A stretch of 64,000 nucleotides of DNA from Polyangiaceae bacterium (GTDB lineage Bacteria > Myxococcota_A > Polyangia > Polyangiales > Polyangiaceae). The notes under the pieces are model-generated. The model was not told the DNA's origin, searched no databases, and saw only the letters and a program-made list of their open reading frames with translations. This document shows, piece after piece, positions 49,155 to 58,666 of the stretch (position 1 is the stretch's first letter; the number at the start of each line of letters is the position of its first letter). The stretch covers positions 1-64,000 of the forward strand of contig JBILLK010000027.1 of assembly GCA_044376115.1 (NCBI GenBank). Direction: 5' to 3'. The translations under genes and the position numbers were made by a program.

Positions 49155-49411
49155 CAGGGCTCCTGGCCGCCAAGTAGGTTGGCGATCGAGCCGCGCGGGA
49201 AAGGCAACTTTGTTTGCTCTTTCCCGCCGGCGTCTCAAGCGACAATGGAATAAGGCTTCGAATCTCTGGGGTTCCGCGTGCATAATGGGCGGACGCGTTG
49301 CCCGCCACCGATGGGCACGCGGAATGCTTTAGGTGACTCGATACCTCTCGCTCGTCCGAGCGCTCGTCGCCCGGCCAAAAGAGGAACCCAGAATATGCAG
49401 CTGAGGAAACC

Positions 49412-51628
49412 ATGATGCGAAGCAAGAAGCTCATTCAGTCCGTCGCCGTCGCCGGTCTGTTTTCTCTTGGGCTGGGAACCGTTGCGGCGGGGTGCCTCAA
49501 TCGGCCCCTCGATCGCGTCGACCCGCGAACGACCTCCACCGTGATCGAGCGTCTTCAGCAGAACGGCGTCGATAAGATCGACCTACTGCTCGCGATCGAC
49601 AACTCGATCTCGATGGGTGACAAGCAAGAGATCCTTGCAGACGCCGTCCCCGTGTTGGTGAAGCGTCTCGTCGAGCCTCGCTGCGTCGATGAGGCGGGCG
49701 ACCCCACGGGCGTCAACGTCGATGCAACGGGTGATTGCGCGGACGGTACCAAGCCTGAATTCCCGCCGATCCGCGATATCAACGTCGGCTTGATCAGCTC
49801 CTCGCTCGGTGATCTCACGAGCGGCGCCTGCACTGGCGCCACCGTTCTACACCCCGATGACAAGGCGCACCTCCTGTCTCGCGGTGTCACCGCCGCTGAG
49901 ACCTACAAGGGGCTTGGCTTCCTCGCCTGGGATCCGGACAACAAGCGTGGAGGCGCCACCGACCCGGACGCCATCATCGGCACTCTCGGTGAGATGGTCG
50001 TCGGCGTGGACCAGGTCGGTTGCGGTTACGAGATGCAGCTCGAGTCGATCTTGCGCTTCCTCGTTGACCCCGAGCCGTATGAGAGCCTCCAGGTGGAGAG
50101 CTCCAAGTTGAAGAAGGTCGGCGTTGACCAAGTTCTGCTCGACCAACGCAAAGACTTCCTGCGGCCCGACTCGCTCGTCGCCGTGCTCATCCTCTCCGAC
50201 GAGAACGACTGCTCGGTGGACGTGAGTCAGCAAGGCTTCCTTGCCCTCAAGGGGCCGTTCTTCAAGGCCACCAGCGAGTGCGCGACCGACCCGAACGATC
50301 CCTGCTGCTCGAGCTGTGGTCTCCCGGTGGAGTCAGGCTGTGACGCTGGCAACAGCTGCGGCACGCCCAAGTACTCAGCCGCGCAAGACCACCCGAACCT
50401 CAAGTGCTTCAACCAGAAGCAGCGGTACGGCGTGAACTTCCTCTACCCGGTTCAGCGCTACATCAACGCGCTCACCCAGACGAAGATCAACCCCGCCCGT
50501 CGCGACTACGACGGCAACGAGGATCCGTCCAAGTCGGTGGCCAACCCGCTCTATTCCGACCTCGCTGGCACCGGCGGCACCATCCGAAGCCCTGATCTCG
50601 TGTTCGTCGCCGGTATCGTTGGTGTGCCGTGGCAAGCCATCTCTCGCCGGGATGACGCAGGCAATCCGGACCTGAAGCTCGGCTTCAAGACCTTCAGCGA
50701 GCTTCAAGACGATCTCGACGCCCTGGTTGGTGATCCCGACACAGCCAAGCCGCCGACCGATCCGTTCATGATCGAGGACTTCAACAAGCGCTCAGGCACC
50801 AGCACCATCCTGAACGCCTCGCTGCCCGGGACCAACCCGATCAACGGCAACGACTACACCATCCCCACCACCGAGCCGGACAACCTCCAGTACGCCTGTA
50901 TCTTCCCGCTGAAGACGCCGGTACCGGCAAGCCTGGATTGCGGTGATTGCACCGACGCTTCGTGTGACAACCCGCTCTGCAACAACACGATTCAAGAGTC
51001 TGCAAAGGCCTATCCCGGTCTTCGCGAGTTGGCTCTTCTCCGCGGCCTCGGTTCGCAAGCCATCTTCGCCTCGATCTGCCCGGCAGTTGCCGTCGGCGAC
51101 CCGACGGCGGACGATTACGGCTACAACCCCGCCGTCAACACCATCATCGACCGTCTGAAGGAAGAGCTCGGCGGTCAGTGTCTGCCCCGCAAGTTGAGCC
51201 CCGACGCCGAAGGCAACGTTCCCTGCCTCGTTATCGAAGCCTCGAAGGTCGACGGCGCCTGCGATTGCAGCGACAGCATCGGCCGTACGCCCATCCCCGA
51301 GAAGCTCGACGACGGTTCGGAGAACCCGACCTACAACGCAGTGAAGGCCGCCCAGAGTGACGAGTTCGCGGACGACTGGAACTGCTTCTGCGAAATCAAT
51401 CAGATCGCTGCTGGTGACGAGCGCGACGCTTGTCTCACCAACGCCGACGCCAACGCTGCGGCCCAGGGCGATGGTTGGTGCTACATCGACGGCGCCTCGG
51501 TTCCCCCCGTCGGGGACCCGGAGTTGGTGGCTACCTGCCCCGCCAATGAGCGTCGCCTGATGCGCTTCGTCGGCAAGGGTGAAGCCCGCGCGGGAGCCAC
51601 GTTGTTCATCACCTGCTCCGGCGAGTGA
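49412..51628 (+). CDS. Cys-rich VWA-domain lipoprotein (CglB-like), paralog 2
   Basis: Lipobox AAGC, MIDAS DLLLAIDNSISM, GCGYE, FLRPDS, SDENDCS; colinear with paralog 1. Confidence 0.85.
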   Translation: MMRSKKLIQSVAVAGLFSLGLGTVAAGCLNRPLDRVDPRTTSTVIERLQQNGVDKIDLLLAIDNSISMGDKQEILADAVPVLVKRLVEPRCVDEAGDPTGVNVDATGDCADGTKPEFPPIRDINVGLISSSLGDLTSGACTGATVLHPDDKAHLLSRGVTAAETYKGLGFLAWDPDNKRGGATDPDAIIGTLGEMVVGVDQVGCGYEMQLESILRFLVDPEPYESLQVESSKLKKVGVDQVLLDQRKDFLRPDSLVAVLILSDENDCSVDVSQQGFLALKGPFFKATSECATDPNDPCCSSCGLPVESGCDAGNSCGTPKYSAAQDHPNLKCFNQKQRYGVNFLYPVQRYINALTQTKINPARRDYDGNEDPSKSVANPLYSDLAGTGGTIRSPDLVFVAGIVGVPWQAISRRDDAGNPDLKLGFKTFSELQDDLDALVGDPDTAKPPTDPFMIEDFNKRSGTSTILNASLPGTNPINGNDYTIPTTEPDNLQYACIFPLKTPVPASLDCGDCTDASCDNPLCNNTIQESAKAYPGLRELALLRGLGSQAIFASICPAVAVGDPTADDYGYNPAVNTIIDRLKEELGGQCLPRKLSPDAEGNVPCLVIEASKVDGACDCSDSIGRTPIPEKLDDGSENPTYNAVKAAQSDEFADDWNCFCEINQIAAGDERDACLTNADANAAAQGDGWCYIDGASVPPVGDPELVATCPANERRLMRFVGKGEARAGATLFITCSGE

Positions 51629-51647
51629 TCGAACCGTTCGTGTGAAG

Positions 51648-51684
51648 AGAGGGCTCGGCCGAAAGGTCGGGCCCTTTTCGTTTT
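51648..51684 (+). terminator. Rho-independent terminator
   Basis: AGGGCTCGGCC-GAAA-GGTCGGGCCCT followed by TTTCGTTTT, 20 bp after the stop codon. Confidence 0.88.
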
Positions 51685-51721
51685 GTGGTTCTTGAAGGTT
51701 GGAGTCGTATCGAGGAGGCCG

Positions 51722-52348
51722 CTACGGCCGTGGGTAGGGGCGGCGCAAAATCACGAGCAGGCTCGCTACCGCCAACAGCGTGCCCAGGCCCGCAACCGAG
51801 ACCTCTGCATGCTCGATGCTCGCAAGCAGCGTTCGCGCGAGCAGCCCGGGTTCGGGCTGGGGTGGAGGGGTGCCGCTGAGCTGCAGCTCGCTTTGGCGGC
51901 ATTCGGCGCCGCGGCAGGCCATGCTGCACAGCAGAAGGTCGTGACGGTCGCCATGAAATGTGAGCACGTGGTGCACGCGAAACGGCGTGCCCTCGCTTCC
52001 CAATCCCTCGAGCAGCTGCTCGTATTGTGCGAGGCTTCCGTCACGTGTGAGAGTGGTCAGCCGCGCTGGCTTCTGCTCGAAGTTGGAGAGCGCGAGCCAG
52101 GTGGCCTTCTCGAACAGCACGCTCTGCACACCGTCCACAAAACGTGAGGAGGCGCCAGTTACGCATCCGGCAAACCAGCGTGTCGTCAACCCTTCGAAGC
52201 GCTGCGCCGAGGTCACCGTCGCTCCTGGCAGGCGACTCACATCGATGGGGACGTCATGAACCGAAACGGGCTCGGGGAGCAGCAGTTCAAGGCTGTGGGT
52301 CTTGGCATCAAATAGCCGGATTGGGCGATCAGTTTTCGCCCCAGCCAT
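51722..52348 (-). CDS. Hypothetical protein with C-terminal TM helix
   Basis: Overlaps the merR 3' end; hydrophobic tail followed by RRPYPRP; start uncertain. Confidence 0.6.
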   Translation of the reverse strand: MAGAKTDRPIRLFDAKTHSLELLLPEPVSVHDVPIDVSRLPGATVTSAQRFEGLTTRWFAGCVTGASSRFVDGVQSVLFEKATWLALSNFEQKPARLTTLTRDGSLAQYEQLLEGLGSEGTPFRVHHVLTFHGDRHDLLLCSMACRGAECRQSELQLSGTPPPQPEPGLLARTLLASIEHAEVSVAGLGTLLAVASLLVILRRPYPRP

Positions 52349-52766
52349 CGAGCTCTCCGAGCAAGCTGCGAAGTTGGTCACGAACGTTCATCAGCCGTTC
52401 ACGGACAGCCACCATCGCTGACGCTCCCACCTGCGGCACCGGCGGTTCAACCTGCGCTACCGCTGCTTCGACCGCCGGCTCCACTGCGGTTCCGTCTTTG
52501 AGCTTGCGCTTGGCTCCAGCGATGGTGAAGCGATGGGAGTACAAAAGCTCTTTGACTTTGAGCAGTGTGTCAACGTCTCGTCGCGAGTAGATGCGCTGAC
52601 CGCGTGCAGACTTCTGCGGCCTGACCGACTTGAACTCGCTCTCCCAATAGCGGAGCACGTGCGGTTCAACGCCAACGATGCTCGAAACCTCGCCGATGCG
52701 AAAATAGAGCTTCTGCAGCTTGTCCTGGCGGTCTTGTGCACTCATCGTCGCGGCAGCCGGCAGCAT
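52329..52766 (-). CDS. MerR family transcriptional regulator
   Basis: YFRIGEVS.IVGVEPHVLRYWESEF, GQRIY, FTIAGAK; usual position downstream of ihfA. Confidence 0.93.
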   Translation of the reverse strand: MLPAAATMSAQDRQDKLQKLYFRIGEVSSIVGVEPHVLRYWESEFKSVRPQKSARGQRIYSRRDVDTLLKVKELLYSHRFTIAGAKRKLKDGTAVEPAVEAAVAQVEPPVPQVGASAMVAVRERLMNVRDQLRSLLGELDGWGEN

Positions 52767-52799
52767 GACCGCACGACGCCGACTTCGTCAACAGGCGTC

Positions 52800-53138
52800 T
52801 CAGGAAGCTGCGTCAGCTTTCACCGAGTGGTCACTCGACTCGGGCCCCGACTTTCCCCGGTCCGGGTTGAGCCCGTGCTTCAGAATATTGCTCGGTTTGA
52901 AGCTCAAAACTCGGCGGCCGGTGATGATCATCGGCTCTCCAGTCTTTGGATTGCGACCCTGCCGCGGGCGCTTATCGCGAAGTACGAAGTTGCCGAATCC
53001 GGAAACCTTGATCCGCTCTCCTCGCCCAAGCGTCTCCTTCATCGAGTCGAAGACCAGCTCCACGAGATCCGCTGCTTCCTTCTTCGAGAAGCCACCAAGC
53101 TTCTCGTAGATGGCTTGAACGATGTCCGCCTTTGTCAT
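52800..53138 (-). CDS. ihfA: Integration host factor subunit alpha
   Basis: MTKADIV, KVSGFGNF, RQGRNPKTGE, RRVLSFKPS. Confidence 0.93.
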   Translation of the reverse strand: MTKADIVQAIYEKLGGFSKKEAADLVELVFDSMKETLGRGERIKVSGFGNFVLRDKRPRQGRNPKTGEPMIITGRRVLSFKPSNILKHGLNPDRGKSGPESSDHSVKADAAS

Positions 53139-53213
53139 GCTCCCACCCCAGTTTCAGCGGGAGCATAGGACGACGGTCATTCGACCTCAAGCCTAGAGGC
53201 GCGTAGGCCGCAA

Positions 53214-54782
53214 CTAACTAATCACGACTCCCTCGGTGCGCTGTTCGGTGGCGCGACCGGGGATGGGCGTTGGCGTTGCTTCAGCGTCCGCGACGACAGC
53301 TCCTACAGCGAATCGTCGGCGACCGCTCAGCTGTTCGCGCGTGACAAGCAGCGCGACGTAGCCGTAACCGAACGCAAACAGTGCGGCGAAGGGCGTTGCG
53401 AACCAGTGCCCCTCGAGCACTGACACAGCGACGCTCGCGAGCGAAACCAGGAAGAAAAGCCCTTCAGTGAACGGCAGGTCGGATGCGATGCGGTAACGGT
53501 GACGGTTGCTGCCTTGCTTCGGCGTCCGAACGAACTCACCAGCCATGTTGCGCACGCCGTCGAAGACAGCGCGGCTCATGTGCGGGGCGAGGCCGGTGCC
53601 CATCGCGATCATCAACGGCAAGTGGAGCAGCGCGTCGGTTCGGGCGCGGCCCTGAGCGCGCATCGCCTCGACGTAGAACGCTGCGAGCGAGCCGGTGGTT
53701 GCGAGCAGGAGCGGCAGGTCCACCAGGAAAAGGTTGATCGCTGAGCCGTCACCAGCGGGGAGGAAGATCAGCGAGGGTAGGAGCAACAAGCTCAACAGTA
53801 CGATCAGCGGGTAAGCGAAGTGGGGCGTGAGATGAAAGAACGCTTCGATCTTGTGCAGCAGCGGTAGGTCGGAGGACATCACCCGGCGCATCAGCTTACG
53901 TGCCGTTTGAACGGTGCCCTTGGCCCAGCGGTACTGTTGCGCCCGCACCGCCGAGACCTCTTCCGGGAGTTCCGACGGCGTTACGACGTCTTCGCGGTAA
54001 ACGAACTTCCAGCCGCGAAGCTGGGCTCGGTACGAAAGATCGAGGTCTTCGGTCAGCGTGTCGTGTTGCCAACCACCAGCGTCGGCGATCGCCTCGCGCC
54101 GCCACATGCCGCCGGTCCCGGAGAAGTTGAAGAAGTAACCGCCAGCGAAGCGAGCGCGGTTCTCGACGAGGTGGTGACCGTCGAGCTGCAGGCCTTGCGA
54201 ACGCGTCAGCAAGGAGACCTCACGGTTGATGTGACCCCAGCGGGTTTGCACCATCGCTACCTTCGGATCGTTGAAGTGCCCAACGATCGATCGCAGGAAG
54301 GAGGCTTGCGGGATGAAGTCAGCGTCGAAGATGGCGATCAGCGAGCCCTTGGCCGTTTGCAGTCCATTGTCGAGCGCGCCGGCTTTGTAGCCCACGCGGT
54401 TGACGCGGTGGATATACGAAGCATCGAGCCCGTGTGCGCGCAGGCGCTCAACGTGCGCGTGGGCGATCGACTGGGTCTCGTCGGTCGAGTCATCCAGGAC
54501 CTGAATCTCAAGGCGGCTGGCCGGGTAGTCCAAGTGAGCGACAGCGTCCAAGAGACGGTTTGTTACCGTCGATTCATTGAACAGCGGCAGCTGCACCGTC
54601 ACGACCGGTAGTTCTTCCTCCGGTACGATGGGCGTACTTTTGTGCGCATCCAGCTTCTTGCGATGCCCATGGCAAAGCAGCACTAGATACATGCGGTGAA
54701 CGCCGTAGGCAGAAAGGACCGCCACGACGCCGAAATAAAGGACGCAAAGGACGAGAACCACTGGCTGCCGTCGACTTAACAT
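53214..54782 (-). CDS. GT2 processive glycosyltransferase (cellulose synthase-like)
   Basis: QVLDDS, KAGAL, FDADF, TEDLD, QQYRW, multiple TMs. Confidence 0.93.
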   Translation of the reverse strand: MLSRRQPVVLVLCVLYFGVVAVLSAYGVHRMYLVLLCHGHRKKLDAHKSTPIVPEEELPVVTVQLPLFNESTVTNRLLDAVAHLDYPASRLEIQVLDDSTDETQSIAHAHVERLRAHGLDASYIHRVNRVGYKAGALDNGLQTAKGSLIAIFDADFIPQASFLRSIVGHFNDPKVAMVQTRWGHINREVSLLTRSQGLQLDGHHLVENRARFAGGYFFNFSGTGGMWRREAIADAGGWQHDTLTEDLDLSYRAQLRGWKFVYREDVVTPSELPEEVSAVRAQQYRWAKGTVQTARKLMRRVMSSDLPLLHKIEAFFHLTPHFAYPLIVLLSLLLLPSLIFLPAGDGSAINLFLVDLPLLLATTGSLAAFYVEAMRAQGRARTDALLHLPLMIAMGTGLAPHMSRAVFDGVRNMAGEFVRTPKQGSNRHRYRIASDLPFTEGLFFLVSLASVAVSVLEGHWFATPFAALFAFGYGYVALLVTREQLSGRRRFAVGAVVADAEATPTPIPGRATEQRTEGVVIS

Positions 54783-54904
54783 CCACCTGACCCGGCATTG
54801 TCACGAAGTTGTAATTCTTTGTATGACTCTGTCGGGCCGGCCCGGTTCCGAGCCCGGCGATGGTGCTTCATGCGGCTGGTTCCAAGGACTAGACTTCGCG
54901 CCGC

Positions 54905-57900
54905 ATGGCTTCCCGACAGCGCCAAATCCTTGGTTATTCGCTTCACGGTTTAGCGGCACTCCTGCCGCTTGGTTTGGGCCTGAGCGCGGCTTCCTGCGAC
55001 GGAAAGGCGCCCGTGGAGTTCGGTCGGACCCCGGCGGGCGACGGGGCCACGGTCCGGTTTGACTTGGGCCACACCCCGCTGCCCGATATTCCGTTGCCGA
55101 GCGATACCGCTACCTGGCCCGATCCCACGAGTCGAACCGGCCTCCGGCTGAACGCCAGCCTAATTGCACCAACGGCGATCGAACGAGACGCGCGCGAGCG
55201 GTTCGACCGTTTGGAGGGCTGGGGCACCTTCGCGCCCATCACCGTCTCCTTCGATCTCGCGCAGGTTGGCGGGGAGCCGCGAGAGGCTGCGCAGGCCGCC
55301 ATCGATCTGGCCAACATCAAGGCTCGTCACCACCGCGACGACTACGACTTCGCGAACGACGCCATTTATGTGATCAACCTAGCGACCGGGGTCCCGGTTC
55401 CGCTCGACGTCGGCAACGGCAATTTCGAGTTCACGCTCAAGCGGCTCGACCGCTACTGGCCCAACGATACGCGCGCCAGCGAGCGCAACCTCGTCTTCGA
55501 CACGCGCGACGAGTCCTCGCGCGGGGTCATTTCTCGCGACGCCTTCCTGCCCGAACTCGATACCGACTTCGACGGTAACCTCGACATCCCCAATCTCGAC
55601 GAGCCCTTCGCCTGCGGTGAGCCCGACCCGGTCTGTGATGATCCTCGCAACGCCGACTACGAGAGCGACACCTGCTTGGAGCTGCGTCGGGACCGCGATC
55701 GCTGCATCACCGATCACTTGGTCACGTTCTACGAGCGTGAAACCGACACGTTGATCGTGCGGCCGCTGGTCCCGCTCGATGAAATGACCAAGTACGCGGT
55801 AGTGCTCACCGACCGCCTCGTCGACGCGAACGGAAACGCCGTGCGCTCCCCGTTCAATGCGGTCTTCCACGCGTCGCAGCGGCCGCAGGCGGAGCGTGTG
55901 ATGCGAGCGCTCGATGACGCCACACACCTTGCTTACTTCGGCGACATCGCAGGCACCGGGCTCGAGCACGTGGCCTTTACCTGGTCCTTCACCACGCAAC
56001 CCACCGTGTCGGACATGAAGCTCTTGCGAGACGGTCTGTTCGGCTCGGGGCCGTTCGCCGATTTCGAGGACAAATACCCTGCGCAGCTCGAGTTGCGTCG
56101 GGCCGTTGGCAAGACCGCTGATCTGGAGGAAGGCGCCACCGATCCAGCCGCCTGGGAGCAGGACCCGCAGTGTCTCGACAAGGTGGACAACCTCTACATC
56201 GTGCGCGTGGACGAGATCCGGGACACCTTGGAGCTGGCCGTTTCAGAGCTATTCGGTTCGGGCAACGGGCCGGATACCCAGGCGCTGTTGCGCTCCTTCG
56301 ACGCCATCGACTACCTCGCCATCGGTACGTATCGCACGCCCTATCTGCTTCAGGGCGGTCCTGACAGCATCGATCCCAAGGCCGCCTTCGATCTCGATTT
56401 CACGACTGGCGGCGGGGAGGTGCGTGACGACGTGGTGCAGTTCTTCATGGCCGTACCCAAGGAGACCGCGCAGTTCAAGCAGCCCTTCAACGTGAATCTC
56501 TACGGTCACGGCTACACCGGGAACTTCCTCGAGCCGATTTTGTACGCCGGCAACCTCGCCCAACATGGCCTCGCAACTGTTGGCATCAACGCCATGGGCC
56601 ACGGTCTGGACCTCGGTGACGAGACCACCGAGCTTTTGGCGAAGGGGCTATTTTCTGGGGGCTGCGCGGGGCCTCTCTACGACTCGCTTTTGTCGACGCG
56701 AGGCCGGGATCTCGATGGCAACGGCCGCATCGATTCCGGCGGCGACTTCTGGTCGAGCTACCTCTTTCACACCCGTGACGGCGTGCGCCAATCGGTGCTC
56801 GACCACATCCAGCTCGTACGAATTTTGCGAGCGTTCGGCACCGATGACGGCCGTGCGTTCTGCCGCACCGCAGACTCCGGCTGGGCCAACAAGCCGACCG
56901 ACCAGTGCGACGTCAACGGCGACGGGGAGGCTGAGGTCTTTGGTGATTTCGACGGCAACGGCGTCGCCGACATCGGCGGTCGCGAGGCGAAGTACGGCAC
57001 CTGGGGCGAGTCGTTGGGCGGCATCTTGAGCGGCATTCACGGCGCCGTGGACGCGTACGTCACTTCGGCCTCGCCTGGTTCGGGCGGCGGCGGCCTCACC
57101 GACATTGGCGTGCGCAGCTTCCAAGGCGGCGTGGTCGAGGCGGTGCTGCTGCGGATGTGGGGGCCACTGATTGTGACCGTCCCCTCCGAAGAGCGCGCCG
57201 CTTGCACCGGCAGCTTCTCCGACCCGGCCGACTGCACCACCTGCAAGGCCGGCGAGATTTCGCTGCGCTGGGTGATGCCGGCCCTGAACGACACGGGCGA
57301 GGTCGAGATCCAATGCCTCGAACCGGAGTCCATCCGCGACACCACGGTGCTCATCTACAACAGCGAGAACGATGAGCTGCGCTGCGCGAGCGTGGAGGAC
57401 GATCTGCGGCTGCGTGTCGGCTTGCCTTCAAGCGTAGGGGATCGGGTAACGTTGAGCTTCTACGACGGCGCGCATCAAGTCGAGGACTACGCCTCTTGTC
57501 GTCCGACCTTCAACGGGCAAGACGAGCCGCGCTTGGTCGTCGACAAGTGGGGCAAGGGCCGCTTCCCAACGACCACGCCGGACCCGACCCAAGCAAGCAC
57601 GTGCGCAGGCACCTCCTGCAACTACTTCCAGGGGACCTTCTTCAACGAAGGCGCCGAACTCACGGCTCCCGCCGAGGGGTACGGTCAGATCCGGCAAACC
57701 CCGTCGCTCCGCCGCTTCCTGCAACTCGCCCAGATGGCGCTCGATCCCGGGGATCCTGTGAGCTTTGCGCCCTACTACGCGATCAAGGAGATGACCGATC
57801 CGTTTGGTGAGCCGATCGAGTCGCACGCTGTGCTCACGATCAACACCATTGGAGATATGAACGTGCCGCTCAACTCAGGGATCGCGTTTGCGCGAGCGTC

Positions 57901-58666
57901 GGGCGCACTTCCGTTCCTTCGGCCGGAACAAGCGGTGCTCTATCCGGAGTACGCCGACTACGCGACCCCCACGGCGCTCTTTCAAGCGCTGGGCGGCAAG
58001 ACGCCGAACCAAGATTTGATCGACAATCACGTGATTGAAGGCATCACAGCGCTCGCGCGACATCCTGCTTCACCAGCTTGTGAAACCAGCGCCAACGCCG
58101 ACGTCGATGGAACCTTCACCGACTACGAGGGCAACGAGCTCTCGTGTTACCCCGCGGGTTGCGTCGCTGATCCCGACGTCTGTTACGGCGGGTCCTTCTG
58201 CGATCCAACGGCCGATCGTTGTCTGCCGAACCCACTCGGGAAACGACGTTGTGACGAGGCGCTCTTCGATGCCGACGATCTCGACGAGGGCGCCCATCTT
58301 TATTTCGAGCAGGCCGCCCCGGTGCCTCATCGTTTGGTGCGCTACACAGCTTCAGCCCGCGAGAGTTCGGTGGATGAGGTGTGGCAACCGCGGATCAACG
58401 GCGCGCCGGGCGGGCAAGACGATGCGTGGCAGCCCGCCGCTGGCAAGCGGGTGACTGGGCTGCTCGACGCGTACGTCGTCCCGGAAGGCGTGCATACCTT
58501 CGTCAACGGCAACCCTTGCCAGGCGTTCGATCACGGAACGTATTTGACCAACCTCGTCGGTCGTTTCTTCCAGACAGACGGTACGGACGTCTATTACCTG
58601 TCGCACCCAGCGACCCATCACTGTCTCGAGACCGGTGGCGAGGCCTGCGGATACATCAACCCATGA
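54905..58666 (+). CDS. Large lipoprotein with alpha/beta hydrolase core (lipase-like)
   Basis: Lipobox AASC, IPLPSD N-terminal motif, YGHG, WGESLGG nucleophile elbow, GDMNVP, GVHTF. Confidence 0.75.
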   Translation: MASRQRQILGYSLHGLAALLPLGLGLSAASCDGKAPVEFGRTPAGDGATVRFDLGHTPLPDIPLPSDTATWPDPTSRTGLRLNASLIAPTAIERDARERFDRLEGWGTFAPITVSFDLAQVGGEPREAAQAAIDLANIKARHHRDDYDFANDAIYVINLATGVPVPLDVGNGNFEFTLKRLDRYWPNDTRASERNLVFDTRDESSRGVISRDAFLPELDTDFDGNLDIPNLDEPFACGEPDPVCDDPRNADYESDTCLELRRDRDRCITDHLVTFYERETDTLIVRPLVPLDEMTKYAVVLTDRLVDANGNAVRSPFNAVFHASQRPQAERVMRALDDATHLAYFGDIAGTGLEHVAFTWSFTTQPTVSDMKLLRDGLFGSGPFADFEDKYPAQLELRRAVGKTADLEEGATDPAAWEQDPQCLDKVDNLYIVRVDEIRDTLELAVSELFGSGNGPDTQALLRSFDAIDYLAIGTYRTPYLLQGGPDSIDPKAAFDLDFTTGGGEVRDDVVQFFMAVPKETAQFKQPFNVNLYGHGYTGNFLEPILYAGNLAQHGLATVGINAMGHGLDLGDETTELLAKGLFSGGCAGPLYDSLLSTRGRDLDGNGRIDSGGDFWSSYLFHTRDGVRQSVLDHIQLVRILRAFGTDDGRAFCRTADSGWANKPTDQCDVNGDGEAEVFGDFDGNGVADIGGREAKYGTWGESLGGILSGIHGAVDAYVTSASPGSGGGGLTDIGVRSFQGGVVEAVLLRMWGPLIVTVPSEERAACTGSFSDPADCTTCKAGEISLRWVMPALNDTGEVEIQCLEPESIRDTTVLIYNSENDELRCASVEDDLRLRVGLPSSVGDRVTLSFYDGAHQVEDYASCRPTFNGQDEPRLVVDKWGKGRFPTTTPDPTQASTCAGTSCNYFQGTFFNEGAELTAPAEGYGQIRQTPSLRRFLQLAQMALDPGDPVSFAPYYAIKEMTDPFGEPIESHAVLTINTIGDMNVPLNSGIAFARASGALPFLRPEQAVLYPEYADYATPTALFQALGGKTPNQDLIDNHVIEGITALARHPASPACETSANADVDGTFTDYEGNELSCYPAGCVADPDVCYGGSFCDPTADRCLPNPLGKRRCDEALFDADDLDEGAHLYFEQAAPVPHRLVRYTASARESSVDEVWQPRINGAPGGQDDAWQPAAGKRVTGLLDAYVVPEGVHTFVNGNPCQAFDHGTYLTNLVGRFFQTDGTDVYYLSHPATHHCLETGGEACGYINP

